Shown here piece after piece: positions 1 through 7,815 of a stretch of DNA of 64,000 nucleotides (position 1 is its first letter; each line of letters starts with the position of its first letter). Source of the DNA: an uncultured Verrucomicrobiae bacterium (GTDB taxonomy: Bacteria; Chlamydiota; Chlamydiia; Chlamydiales; Rhabdochlamydiaceae). A program made the translations under genes and the position numbers. The notes under the pieces are model-generated. The model did no database searches. It was not told where the DNA came from and worked only from the letters and a program-made list of their open reading frames with translations. The stretch lies in the NCBI GenBank assembly GCA_963806855.1, contig CAWDYW010000003.1:542129-606128 (forward strand), given 5' to 3'.

Positions 1-127
1 CCAACCTACCCATTTTCTCTTCGAAAAAAGGGTGAGTAGAGCGAGAGGGAGAAGATAGATCCAATGGGGGTAAAGAGCGAAAGCGCAGCCGATGAGGAAA
101 TGGAGTCCCCAAAGTAGCAATGGCGAG

Positions 128-1396
128 CTATCGCTTGCGAGGGAGTTCTTGTTCAATGGAACGGTAAATAAGACGGACACCTCTTTGCCCTGTAACGAAG
201 CAGTAAAACCATTCGACCATTACAGCAAATCGGTTGCGGAATCCGATCAGATAGACGATGTGGATGAAACACCAGGCGAGCCAAGCGAGGAAGCCTGTGA
301 TTTTGAGTTTGCCCATCATGGCGATCGCTTTTTTTGTTCCGATGGTGGCCATGCTCCCCTTGTCGAAATACTTGAAAGGCGAGCGGTCCTCTTTGGGCAC
401 TTGCTTTTTGATGATTTTTGCCACATATTTCCCCTGCTGGATCGCAGTAGGAGCGATTCCGGGCAGCGGCTTGCCATCGTTGTCTTTGGCAAGAGCAGCG
501 TCGCCAATGACGAACACTTCGGGGTGGCCAGGGATCGTGAGATCGGGTTCGACGATAACGCGGCCAGCACGGTCGAGGGGGACGTCGAGGCTTTTGAGGA
601 GGGGAGATGCCTGGTTGCCCGCAGCCCAAATGATGTTGACCGACGGGATGAATTCGTCTTCGATTTGGACCCCTTCTTCGGTGATATTGGTCACTTTTTT
701 CTTAGTGATGACCCGCACGCCCATCTCTTTGAGATCGTTTTCGGCATGGATGCCGAGGCTCTCGGGATACATGGGGAGGATGTGGGGCAATGCTTCGATG
801 AGATAGATCTTTGACCGCTCAGGTTTGATCCGCCGAAAGTTCTTAAACAGCGTTTTGTTAGCGATTTCGGCGATTGCTCCGGCCATTTCAACGCCAGTTG
901 GTCCGCCGCCGATGATGACGAAGTTGAGATATTTTTCGGCCTCAGAGATCAGGTCCATCCGCTCAGCTTTTTCAAAAGAGATCAGCACTTGCTCGCGGAT
1001 TTTTAGGGCATCTTGGATTGTCTTTAAGCCGGGGGCGAGGGGTTCCCATTGGTCATTGCCGAAATAGGAGTGGCGCGCGCCTGTTGCCAGGACTAGATAA
1101 TCGTAGGATATCGTGTCACCATTTTGGAGCACCAACTTTCTCCCTTTGGTGTCGATCTTTTCGACATCACCCATAATCACCGAGGTGTTCTCTTGATGGC
1201 GCAAAATTTCGCGGATCGGAGTGGCGATTTCTCCAGGGGAGAGGGCGGCTGTTGCAACTTGATAAAGAAGAGGTTGGAAGAGATGGTGATTGGTTTTATC
1301 GATGAGGAGGATATCGAGATCAGCTTTTTTCAAAGCTTTTGCAACGGTCAGACCTCCAAAACCGCCTCCGACGATGACCAGTTTGGTGTGGGGCAT
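128..1396 (-). CDS. ndh: type II NADH dehydrogenase (NDH-2, FAD-dependent pyridine nucleotide-disulfide oxidoreductase)
   Basis: ORF 128..1429. It has two dinucleotide-binding motifs, VIVGGGFGG at the N-terminus and VIIGGGPTGVE mid-protein. Met12 (1396) gives the usual short lead-in MPHTKLVIVGGG; 1429 is the alternative start. Confidence 0.85.
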   Translation of the reverse strand: MPHTKLVIVGGGFGGLTVAKALKKADLDILLIDKTNHHLFQPLLYQVATAALSPGEIATPIREILRHQENTSVIMGDVEKIDTKGRKLVLQNGDTISYDYLVLATGARHSYFGNDQWEPLAPGLKTIQDALKIREQVLISFEKAERMDLISEAEKYLNFVIIGGGPTGVEMAGAIAEIANKTLFKNFRRIKPERSKIYLIEALPHILPMYPESLGIHAENDLKEMGVRVITKKKVTNITEEGVQIEDEFIPSVNIIWAAGNQASPLLKSLDVPLDRAGRVIVEPDLTIPGHPEVFVIGDAALAKDNDGKPLPGIAPTAIQQGKYVAKIIKKQVPKEDRSPFKYFDKGSMATIGTKKAIAMMGKLKITGFLAWLAWCFIHIVYLIGFRNRFAVMVEWFYCFVTGQRGVRLIYRSIEQELPRKR

Positions 1397-1465
1397 ACTT
1401 CTCTCTTTTAAAAAACGGTATTCTCCCATAAACTTAACTTAAAGACAATTCATTGGCAAACAGAA

Positions 1466-2428
1466 ATGGTATACGTTGAGGACCTGCTTCGTGAGCATGG
1501 CAAATCTCTTGGGCTCGATCTAATCGTTGGCAATGAGAAATTGAGACGGAAGATTCCCCGGCCAGAGATTCATCGCCCGGGATTAAGCTTAGCCGGCTTC
1601 ATGAAAAAATTTGTCCCGAACCGGCTGCTGGTGTTTGGCAATAGTGAGGTGCTCTATCTCAAAGAATTGCCTGCCGAAATGCAAATCGAGCGGCTCAAAG
1701 CGATTTTGACCGATGCGACGCCTGCAGTGATCGTCGCCGGAAGATATATTATTCCAAAGAAAATCGTCCAAATTTGCCGCGAAAAGAAGATCCCCCTCTT
1801 CAAGACCTCACTTCCTACAACCGAGTTCCTCAGCAAAGCCACCTCGCTGCTCGTCGATGAATTTGCTCCGATGACCACCTGTCACGGCACTTTTATCGAA
1901 GCGTTTGGCCTTGGCGTCCTCATCCAGGGTGATTCCTCGATTGGAAAAAGCGAAGCGGCGCTTGGGCTGATGGAGAAGGGACACCGTTTAATTTCAGACG
2001 ATGTGGTCAAATTGCGTCTGCGAAAAGATTCGACCATCGAGGGGAGCGGACCCGAGCTAAACAAGCACATGATGGAGATTCGGGGCATTGGGATTATCAA
2101 TGTGGCCCACCTCTATGGTGCCGTCTGCGTTCGGGGGTCGAAGAGCCTCGATCTGATCGTGAAGCTGGAAGAGTGGGATGATCAAGCCTTTTATGACCGG
2201 ATCGGTCTCGACGAAAAGTTTATTGAGATGCTTGGAGTAAATATCCCATATCATATACTGCCTGTAAAACCTGGACGAGATGTGGTTTTGTTGATTGAGA
2301 CGATTGTGCTCAACCACCGCTTGAAGTTGATGGGCTACCACTCTGCTCGAGAATTTAATGTGAAATTGTTAGAGACGATTTCGCGCAAACAGAAAGAAAA
2401 AGATCGTGAAGCTATCGCAAAGGGTTAA
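1466..2428 (+). CDS. hprK: HPr kinase/phosphorylase
   Basis: 320 aa. P-loop GDSSIGKSEAAL, then GHRLISDD and MEIRGIGIINV, which is the HprK/P catalytic-domain pattern. It lies directly upstream of ptsH-ptsI. Confidence 0.9.
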   Translation: MVYVEDLLREHGKSLGLDLIVGNEKLRRKIPRPEIHRPGLSLAGFMKKFVPNRLLVFGNSEVLYLKELPAEMQIERLKAILTDATPAVIVAGRYIIPKKIVQICREKKIPLFKTSLPTTEFLSKATSLLVDEFAPMTTCHGTFIEAFGLGVLIQGDSSIGKSEAALGLMEKGHRLISDDVVKLRLRKDSTIEGSGPELNKHMMEIRGIGIINVAHLYGAVCVRGSKSLDLIVKLEEWDDQAFYDRIGLDEKFIEMLGVNIPYHILPVKPGRDVVLLIETIVLNHRLKLMGYHSAREFNVKLLETISRKQKEKDREAIAKG

Positions 2429-2687
2429 AGTCAAGAATGATCTGGGATTGCATGCGCGGCCCGCCACCGTCATCGCCCGCCTGCTGCAAAAGAGCAAATC
2501 TAAGGTCTTATTCACTTTTCATGAGGAAACTATCAACGCTCGTAGTATCATGTCTGTACTGATGCTTGCTGCGAATAAAAACGCGCAAATATTGGTGACG
2601 GTTGAAGGAGATGATGCTCAAGAGACGATGGATAGTCTCGTTGAAGCCTTCAACAATCAGTTTGGGGAACCTGCGAATGAGCCGTGA
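2406..2687 (+). CDS. ptsH: phosphocarrier protein HPr
   Basis: 93 aa with a GTG start overlapping the hprK end. It has the His15 motif GLHARPA and the Ser46-region motif ARSIMSVLML. Confidence 0.85.
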   Translation: MKLSQRVKVKNDLGLHARPATVIARLLQKSKSKVLFTFHEETINARSIMSVLMLAANKNAQILVTVEGDDAQETMDSLVEAFNNQFGEPANEP

Positions 2688-4422
2688 GCCGCGAAAAGAG
2701 ATTTGGATCCAAGGTGTGCCTGTCAGCGAAGGCATTGCGATTGGATCTCCTTTTTTCCTCAAGGCGATCGATGAAGATGTCCCCGATTTTGAAATCACAT
2801 ACAATGAAGTCGATGCCGAAGTGGCTCGCTACCGCAAAGCTCTCTTCTCGAGCAAAGAAGATTTGACCAAACTGCGCCAAGATCTGGTCATGGAGGGTTC
2901 CGACGAGGCGGTCAGCACGATCGAAACCCACATTCAGATGCTCGAAGATCCGATGATCACCACCGATATGGAGGGGAAAATTCGGCAGATGCTCCGCAAT
3001 ACCGAATCGGTATTCCACTCAGTGATCAGAGATTACTCCGACCGCTTTTCCGAGCGGACCGATTCTTTCTTCCAAGAGCGGCTCGTCGACGTGCAAGATG
3101 TCTCCAAACGGATCTTAGGCCATTTGCGGACCAAGCAAAATGGCGGCCTCGGCGATATCCCATCGGGCTCGATTGTCTTTACTCAAGAAGTGGCTCCCTC
3201 TTACACCGCTTCTGCCCATGTAGCCCAGATCAGCGCCTTTGTCACCCATTCAGGTGGGGGGAATTCTCACGCCGCCCTCATCGCCCGCTCCAAAGGGATC
3301 CCTTATGTGGCTGATGTGAACGTTGCTGAAATTGAAAAATTAAACCCTCAAAAGGTGATTGTCGATGCCTATGAAGGAGTGATCATCGTCTCTCCAAGTG
3401 CTGAGACCACTGCCCAATATAGGGAAAAGCAAAAACAGCTAGCGACCCGCTATCAAGTCTTCCTCGATGAAGATCACCTGAATGCCGAAACGATCGACGG
3501 TGTTCGCGTGAAACTCTATGTCAACGTCGGGAACCCAAGCGACCTCGATATTTTCCCTTATCGACATGATGGGGTGGGCCTTTTCCGCACCGAATACCTC
3601 TTTTTGCAGACCAAAGAATTCTATCCTTCAGAGAGGTACCAGCAAGAGGCCTACGCCAACCTCATTGCAAGAATGGATGGGCGTCCGGTTGTCGTCCGGG
3701 CATTCGATTTAGGGGGCGATAAACATCCGAGCCTCTTCCTCGACAGGCAGAAAGAGGCCAATCCGGTCCTCGGCAACCGGGGGATCCGTTATCTACTGCG
3801 CAACCGCGAGCTCTTTAAAATGCAGCTGCGGGCCCTCTTTAGAGCCTCAATCGGCGCCGATGTCCGTCTGCTGCTCCCGCTCATTTCCGATATCAATGAG
3901 CTGCTCACTTCGAAAGAGATCATCGAAGAGGTCAAACAGACGTTGCGACAAGAAGACCCCAACATTCCCGATCTTCTCATCGGTTGCATGATCGAGGTTC
4001 CTTCGGCCGTGATGGTCTGCGACGCGCTGGCAAAAAACTGCGATTTCCTCTCGGTCGGCACCAACGATCTAGTCCAATACACCCTCGGCGTCGATCGAAG
4101 CAACCCGCTAATGAGCGAACTCTACTATCCGACACACCCCAGCGTCCTGCGGATGATCAAAATGGTGATCACCGAAGCCAAGCGCCACGATATCCCCCTC
4201 TCCATTTGCGGCGAGATCGCCTCCAGCACCTTGATTATTCCTCTGCTCTTAGGGCTCGGTGTGCGTGACTTCTCCATCACCCCCCGTTATCTGCCCCCCG
4301 TTAAGCAGACGCTACGCAAATGGACCGTCATCGATGCCTACAAACTCGCCCAGCAGGCCCTGGCCCTGACCGACCCCAAAGAAATCTCCGATCTTCTACT
4401 CGTTTCCCAAAAAAAGCATTAA
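2677..4422 (+). CDS. ptsI: phosphoenolpyruvate-protein phosphotransferase (PTS enzyme I)
   Basis: Phospho-His motif GGGNSHAALIARSKGIPYV and PEP-utilising barrel motif FLSVGTNDLVQY. The start is set at ATG 2677 (MSREPRKEIWIQGVPVSEGIAIG) because the track start at 2602 would overlap most of ptsH. Confidence 0.9.
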   Translation: MSREPRKEIWIQGVPVSEGIAIGSPFFLKAIDEDVPDFEITYNEVDAEVARYRKALFSSKEDLTKLRQDLVMEGSDEAVSTIETHIQMLEDPMITTDMEGKIRQMLRNTESVFHSVIRDYSDRFSERTDSFFQERLVDVQDVSKRILGHLRTKQNGGLGDIPSGSIVFTQEVAPSYTASAHVAQISAFVTHSGGGNSHAALIARSKGIPYVADVNVAEIEKLNPQKVIVDAYEGVIIVSPSAETTAQYREKQKQLATRYQVFLDEDHLNAETIDGVRVKLYVNVGNPSDLDIFPYRHDGVGLFRTEYLFLQTKEFYPSERYQQEAYANLIARMDGRPVVVRAFDLGGDKHPSLFLDRQKEANPVLGNRGIRYLLRNRELFKMQLRALFRASIGADVRLLLPLISDINELLTSKEIIEEVKQTLRQEDPNIPDLLIGCMIEVPSAVMVCDALAKNCDFLSVGTNDLVQYTLGVDRSNPLMSELYYPTHPSVLRMIKMVITEAKRHDIPLSICGEIASSTLIIPLLLGLGVRDFSITPRYLPPVKQTLRKWTVIDAYKLAQQALALTDPKEISDLLLVSQKKH

Positions 4423-4601
4423 ACTCGACTCGATGTAAAAAATTGAGGCCAGAGTTAAGGCCAGGGTCAGGGCCAGAGTCGAAGTAATTCCTTGTTAATT
4501 CTCCACGGTCGAATTTAAAAGTATTCCATTCTTGAATTTTTACTACCAAATATAATGTGACTTGAGCCAGAGGATTGTGGTAGAATACCAGAGAAATAAG
4601 T

Positions 4602-5111
4602 ATGAAGATCCTCATTTTTGGCATCCCAGGCTCTGGAAAATCCGTCCTCGCACGAGAAGTGTCTGAAGCCTTGCATCTTCCTATATTTCACATCGACAAA
4701 CATTTTTTTAAAAAAGGGTGGGTCGAAAGAGATCACGATCATTTTTTAGAAGATGTAAAGTCAGTACTCAAAACAGATAATTGGATTATCGATGGGAATG
4801 GGATGCGAACTTTGGAAATGCGCTACAAAGAAGCCAATATCGCAATCTACTGTAGGCTCCCAAGAGTTTTGTGCTTATATAGAATTTTTTATAGATGGCT
4901 TTCCACCTTAGGGACTCCTAAAGAGGATGGGCCAGAGGGAGCTACCAACTCCATTTCATGGAAGCTCCTTAAATATCTATGGAACTTCCCTGTGAAATAT
5001 AGAGAAAAAATTGAGCAATTAAAAAAACAATATCCAGGGGTAACGTTCCTGGAAATCAGATCAAGAGATACAATGAATCGGATCCAAAATGACTGCCTTG
5101 AAATTGTCTGA
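4602..5111 (+). CDS. P-loop NTPase, adenylate-kinase-like (topology modulation FlaR-like family)
   Basis: 169 aa. N-terminal Walker A motif ILIFGIPGSGKSVLA, and size and layout typical of small AAA/adenylate-kinase-like proteins. The gene is visibly AT-richer than its neighbours. Confidence 0.6.
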   Translation: MKILIFGIPGSGKSVLAREVSEALHLPIFHIDKHFFKKGWVERDHDHFLEDVKSVLKTDNWIIDGNGMRTLEMRYKEANIAIYCRLPRVLCLYRIFYRWLSTLGTPKEDGPEGATNSISWKLLKYLWNFPVKYREKIEQLKKQYPGVTFLEIRSRDTMNRIQNDCLEIV

Positions 5112-5153
5112 TCTACAAGTTCATCAGTTAGATTTTAATGCAAGTTAGATAAC

Positions 5154-5687
5154 ATGAAAGCTAAAATAAGCACAACTCATCTTGAATCACTCACCTGTCC
5201 TCTAAGTCAAGAGATTCAAAAAGAAGCGACCAGGCAATTTGCTATTCTGGCTCAATTTCTCCCAGAACAAAGAAGTGAAAAATGGATCGCTGAACGTATT
5301 GCTTATCAAATTGGCTGGGGACAATTACTGCTATACTGGTATCATACTGGCATCCAAGGAAAAATGCCTCAAATGCCTGGAGATGGCTTTACCAAATGGA
5401 ATTATAAAGCCATTGCGGAGCAATTTTATAAAAAATATTCCTATGATCAAGGCGTGCAACAGGAGAAATGCTTCCAGAATATTATCTCCGAAATTCTTGC
5501 CGTTGTTGAGAACGAATATAGCACAGGGAATTTAGATCATTGTGGGGTATGGCCTTGGTGTACTCTCGCATCTGGTAAAGAATGGCCGCTCAGCAAATGG
5601 GTTCGTGTGAATACTGTCTCGCCCTGGAAAGCGACGTCATCCCTCCTCAAGGAAGGCATGCTGAAAGCCTTACATCTCCCTAAATAA
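5154..5687 (+). CDS. ClbS/DfsB (DUF1706) family four-helix-bundle protein
   Basis: 177 aa. IGWGQLLLYWYH, GFTKWNYKAIAEQFYKKY and VNTVSPWK line up with the ClbS pattern (IGWGELVLHW, GFKWNELGRLAQKFY, FNTASPYK) recalled from E. coli ClbS. Confidence 0.65.
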   Translation: MKAKISTTHLESLTCPLSQEIQKEATRQFAILAQFLPEQRSEKWIAERIAYQIGWGQLLLYWYHTGIQGKMPQMPGDGFTKWNYKAIAEQFYKKYSYDQGVQQEKCFQNIISEILAVVENEYSTGNLDHCGVWPWCTLASGKEWPLSKWVRVNTVSPWKATSSLLKEGMLKALHLPK

Positions 5688-5725
5688 CCGAGGTATTCAC
5701 GGCATAGCTATGGCACAGTCATAAC

Positions 5726-6073
5726 CTAATTAGATGCAAAAAGAAATTCCTGAACGGGATGGCCGCCGATTAGGTGTTCTTGAATGATTCGCTCGAGCAC
5801 AGCGGGGGTGCAGGAGTGGTACCAGATTCCTTCGGGGTAGACGACGGCGATCGGCCCTTGGGTACAGACGCGGAGGCAGCCTACTTTAGAGCGGCAGATC
5901 CCGCCGAGCTCGCTAAGATTGAGCTCTTTTAGCCTTGTCTTGAGATATTCCCAGGACTCGAGCGCGGTCTCTTGATTGCAACACTTTGGCTTGCTAGCAT
6001 CGCAGCATAGAAAAATGTGCCTTTTGACCTGGTTTAAGCCCAATTGTTGGACTTTGTCAGCGAGTGGATCCAT
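5726..6073 (-). CDS. thioredoxin-like [2Fe-2S] ferredoxin family protein
   Basis: 115 aa. Cysteine clusters [14 protein letters not shown] and CLRVCTQGP, followed by VVYPEGIWY, are typical of the (2Fe-2S) ferredoxin-like family. Confidence 0.6.
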   Translation of the reverse strand: MDPLADKVQQLGLNQVKRHIFLCCDASKPKCCNQETALESWEYLKTRLKELNLSELGGICRSKVGCLRVCTQGPIAVVYPEGIWYHSCTPAVLERIIQEHLIGGHPVQEFLFASN

Positions 6074-6378
6074 CAGAGTGAAAAGGGCATGGAACCCATT
6101 AAGCCGCCGAGGTCCTCTTTCTCATCGGTCAATTGGGCTGAGGCATTCTCAAAGGCAGCTTTGATCAGATCTTGCAACCCTTCTATGTCAGATGGATCGA
6201 CACATTCAGGCTTGATCTTGATCTCGACCATCGAGCCCTGTCCATCGAGGACAATTGTGACGAGGCCGTTACCACTCACGCCGGTGATCCGTTTGGTTTG
6301 CATCTCTTCGCGCATCTTTGAATATTGCTCTTGCATTGCGCGCGCTTGCTTTTTCATTTTGGAAAATCCGCTTCCCAT
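6073..6378 (-). CDS. ybaB: YbaB/EbfC family nucleoid-associated protein
   Basis: 101 aa. [20 protein letters not shown], then [20 protein letters not shown]. It lies immediately downstream of dnaX, which is the conserved arrangement. Confidence 0.9.
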   Translation of the reverse strand: MGSGFSKMKKQARAMQEQYSKMREEMQTKRITGVSGNGLVTIVLDGQGSMVEIKIKPECVDPSDIEGLQDLIKAAFENASAQLTDEKEDLGGLMGSMPFSL

Positions 6379-6388
6379 TACTTTACTC

Positions 6389-7729
6389 CTATTTTACCGA
6401 CCCCTCGAGTTCAACAGCAGCGAACCGGATTAAGGTGTCATATTTGCTGGGATGTTGCTTGGGGGTTTTGGGTTCTTCTTTAATTGGTTCAACGATTTTT
6501 GGTTTTTCTTGAATCGGTTCAATGATTTTTGGTTCTACTTTGATTGATTCAGCAACTTTTGGTTCTACTTTGATCGGTTCGGGGATTTGCTCTACCACTT
6601 CGCCACTTTTCAGCCGCGCTTCGAGTTCGATCAGCCTGCCCACGAGCGATTCGAGCGAAATTTTGCGCAAAGAGCGAGTCAGATCGAGAAGAAGCATTTC
6701 GAGGTGGATCTGCTTGAAGGGGGTCTTTTGCATCGATTGCTGCCACTGGATCAACTTGTCGAGGAGCAGCAAACATTGCTCCTTGGTATAGCCGGAGGCC
6801 CATTTTTTGTAGATGCCACGCGCCGGCTCACCTAGTTGGATAGCCAAGTAGGTGCGGAAATGTTCGAGGAGGCTATCGATGGCCGCGCCGATGTCTTTGC
6901 CCGATTCGTAGAATTCTCGAGCGAGCGCGACGGCGCTCTCGAGATTGTGGGTCTGGATCGTATCGTCGAGTTTGGCAAGCAGATCCTGAGTCAGCAGTCC
7001 AAAGATCGCTCTCACGCCATCAAATGTCAGTTTTGTCTCGCCGGCGCAGATCAGTTGGTCGAGCATCGATTCGGCATCGCGCAGGGAACCTTCAGAGAGG
7101 TGGCTGATTTGGAGCAGCGCCTCGTCTTCGGCAGCGATATCGAGGCTTGTGCAAATGAGCCGAAGTTTTTCTACTAAGGCCTTTTCTGGAATGCGTGTCA
7201 AATTGAAACGCTGGCAGCGGCTGATGATCGTGGGTGGCAGCTTATGGGGCTCGGTGGTGGCGAAGAAAAATTTGACATGCCTGGGGGGCTCTTCCAGGGT
7301 TTTGAGCAGGGCGTTGAAGGCCTCTTTAGTCAGCATGTGCACTTCGTCGATGATGTAGATCTTGTAGGTGCCGCGGTTCGGAGCATAGCCAACTGTTTCA
7401 TTGATTTGCCGGATGTCGTCGATACCCCGGTTGGAGGCGCCGTCGATTTCGATCACATCGAGGCTCCGTCCTTCGGCAATCTCAACGCAGCTGCTACAGG
7501 TGCAGCAAGGCTCAAAGCCCTCTTTGAGCTCTGTGCAGTTGAGGCTTTTGGCAAATAGGCGAGCCAGCGTTGTCTTTCCGCAGCCGCGCGAGCCGCAAAA
7601 GAGATAGGCCTGCCCGATACGCCCCTGTGTGATGGCATTTTTTAACGTGGTGACCGTCGCATCCTGTCCGAATACATCGGAGAACCGCTTTGGCCGAAAC
7701 CTTCTAGGAATGATTTGATATTTTTCCAT
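6389..7729 (-). CDS. dnaX: DNA polymerase III subunit gamma/tau
   Basis: RFRPKRFSDVFGQ, Walker A GSRGCGKTT, zinc module CTCSSC, and DEVHML. The start is set at MEKYQIIPRRF (7729) rather than the track start at 7798. The C-terminal tail is repetitive. Confidence 0.9.
   Translation of the reverse strand: MEKYQIIPRRFRPKRFSDVFGQDATVTTLKNAITQGRIGQAYLFCGSRGCGKTTLARLFAKSLNCTELKEGFEPCCTCSSCVEIAEGRSLDVIEIDGASNRGIDDIRQINETVGYAPNRGTYKIYIIDEVHMLTKEAFNALLKTLEEPPRHVKFFFATTEPHKLPPTIISRCQRFNLTRIPEKALVEKLRLICTSLDIAAEDEALLQISHLSEGSLRDAESMLDQLICAGETKLTFDGVRAIFGLLTQDLLAKLDDTIQTHNLESAVALAREFYESGKDIGAAIDSLLEHFRTYLAIQLGEPARGIYKKWASGYTKEQCLLLLDKLIQWQQSMQKTPFKQIHLEMLLLDLTRSLRKISLESLVGRLIELEARLKSGEVVEQIPEPIKVEPKVAESIKVEPKIIEPIQEKPKIVEPIKEEPKTPKQHPSKYDTLIRFAAVELEGSVK
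6470..6590. repeat. 27-nt tandem repeat (about 4 units) inside the dnaX 3' region
   Basis: Units resembling TTTTGGTTCTACTTTGAT...GGTTC recur with a 27-nt period. They encode the 9-aa periodic tail EPIKVEPKV/AESIKVEPKI/IEPIQEKPKI/VEPIKEEPK. Confidence 0.7.
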
Positions 7730-7815
7730 ACTAAGTTTAAGTATAAAGGAATGGAACTTTTTTCCACAGGTGTGTATATTACTCGGACGATAAAGCAAAA
7801 ATTTGACCTAAGAAT

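Noticed and set aside
1-127. A possible minus-strand gene start (ATG at 13-11) running off the left edge of the window.
   Set aside because: Only four codons are visible, so it cannot be supported from this window.
92-814. Long antisense or alternate-frame ORFs overlapping well-supported genes. Examples: 92..814 and 258..806 opposite ndh, 37522..38172 opposite fabF, 53827..54462 opposite sucD/M50, 59024..59533 opposite the GT28 gene, and 60548..61066 opposite the six-helix protein.
   Set aside because: They carry no recognisable motifs and have low-complexity, Arg/Ser/Pro-rich compositions typical of shadow frames in GC-moderate DNA. In each case the opposite strand encodes a protein with clear family signatures.
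2602-2676. The upstream extension of ptsI suggested by the ORF track (start at 2602).
   Set aside because: It would overlap most of ptsH in another frame. ATG 2677 gives the canonical EI N-terminus (IWIQGVPVSEGIAIG).
4350-4475. An inverted match between the ptsI 3' end (CTGGCCCTGACC) and the GGCCAGGGTCAGGGCCAGAG repeats downstream.
   Set aside because: It is only about 12 nt of complementarity separated by about 100 nt, and the GGCCAG repeats are short. This is not enough to call a structure or a repeat family.
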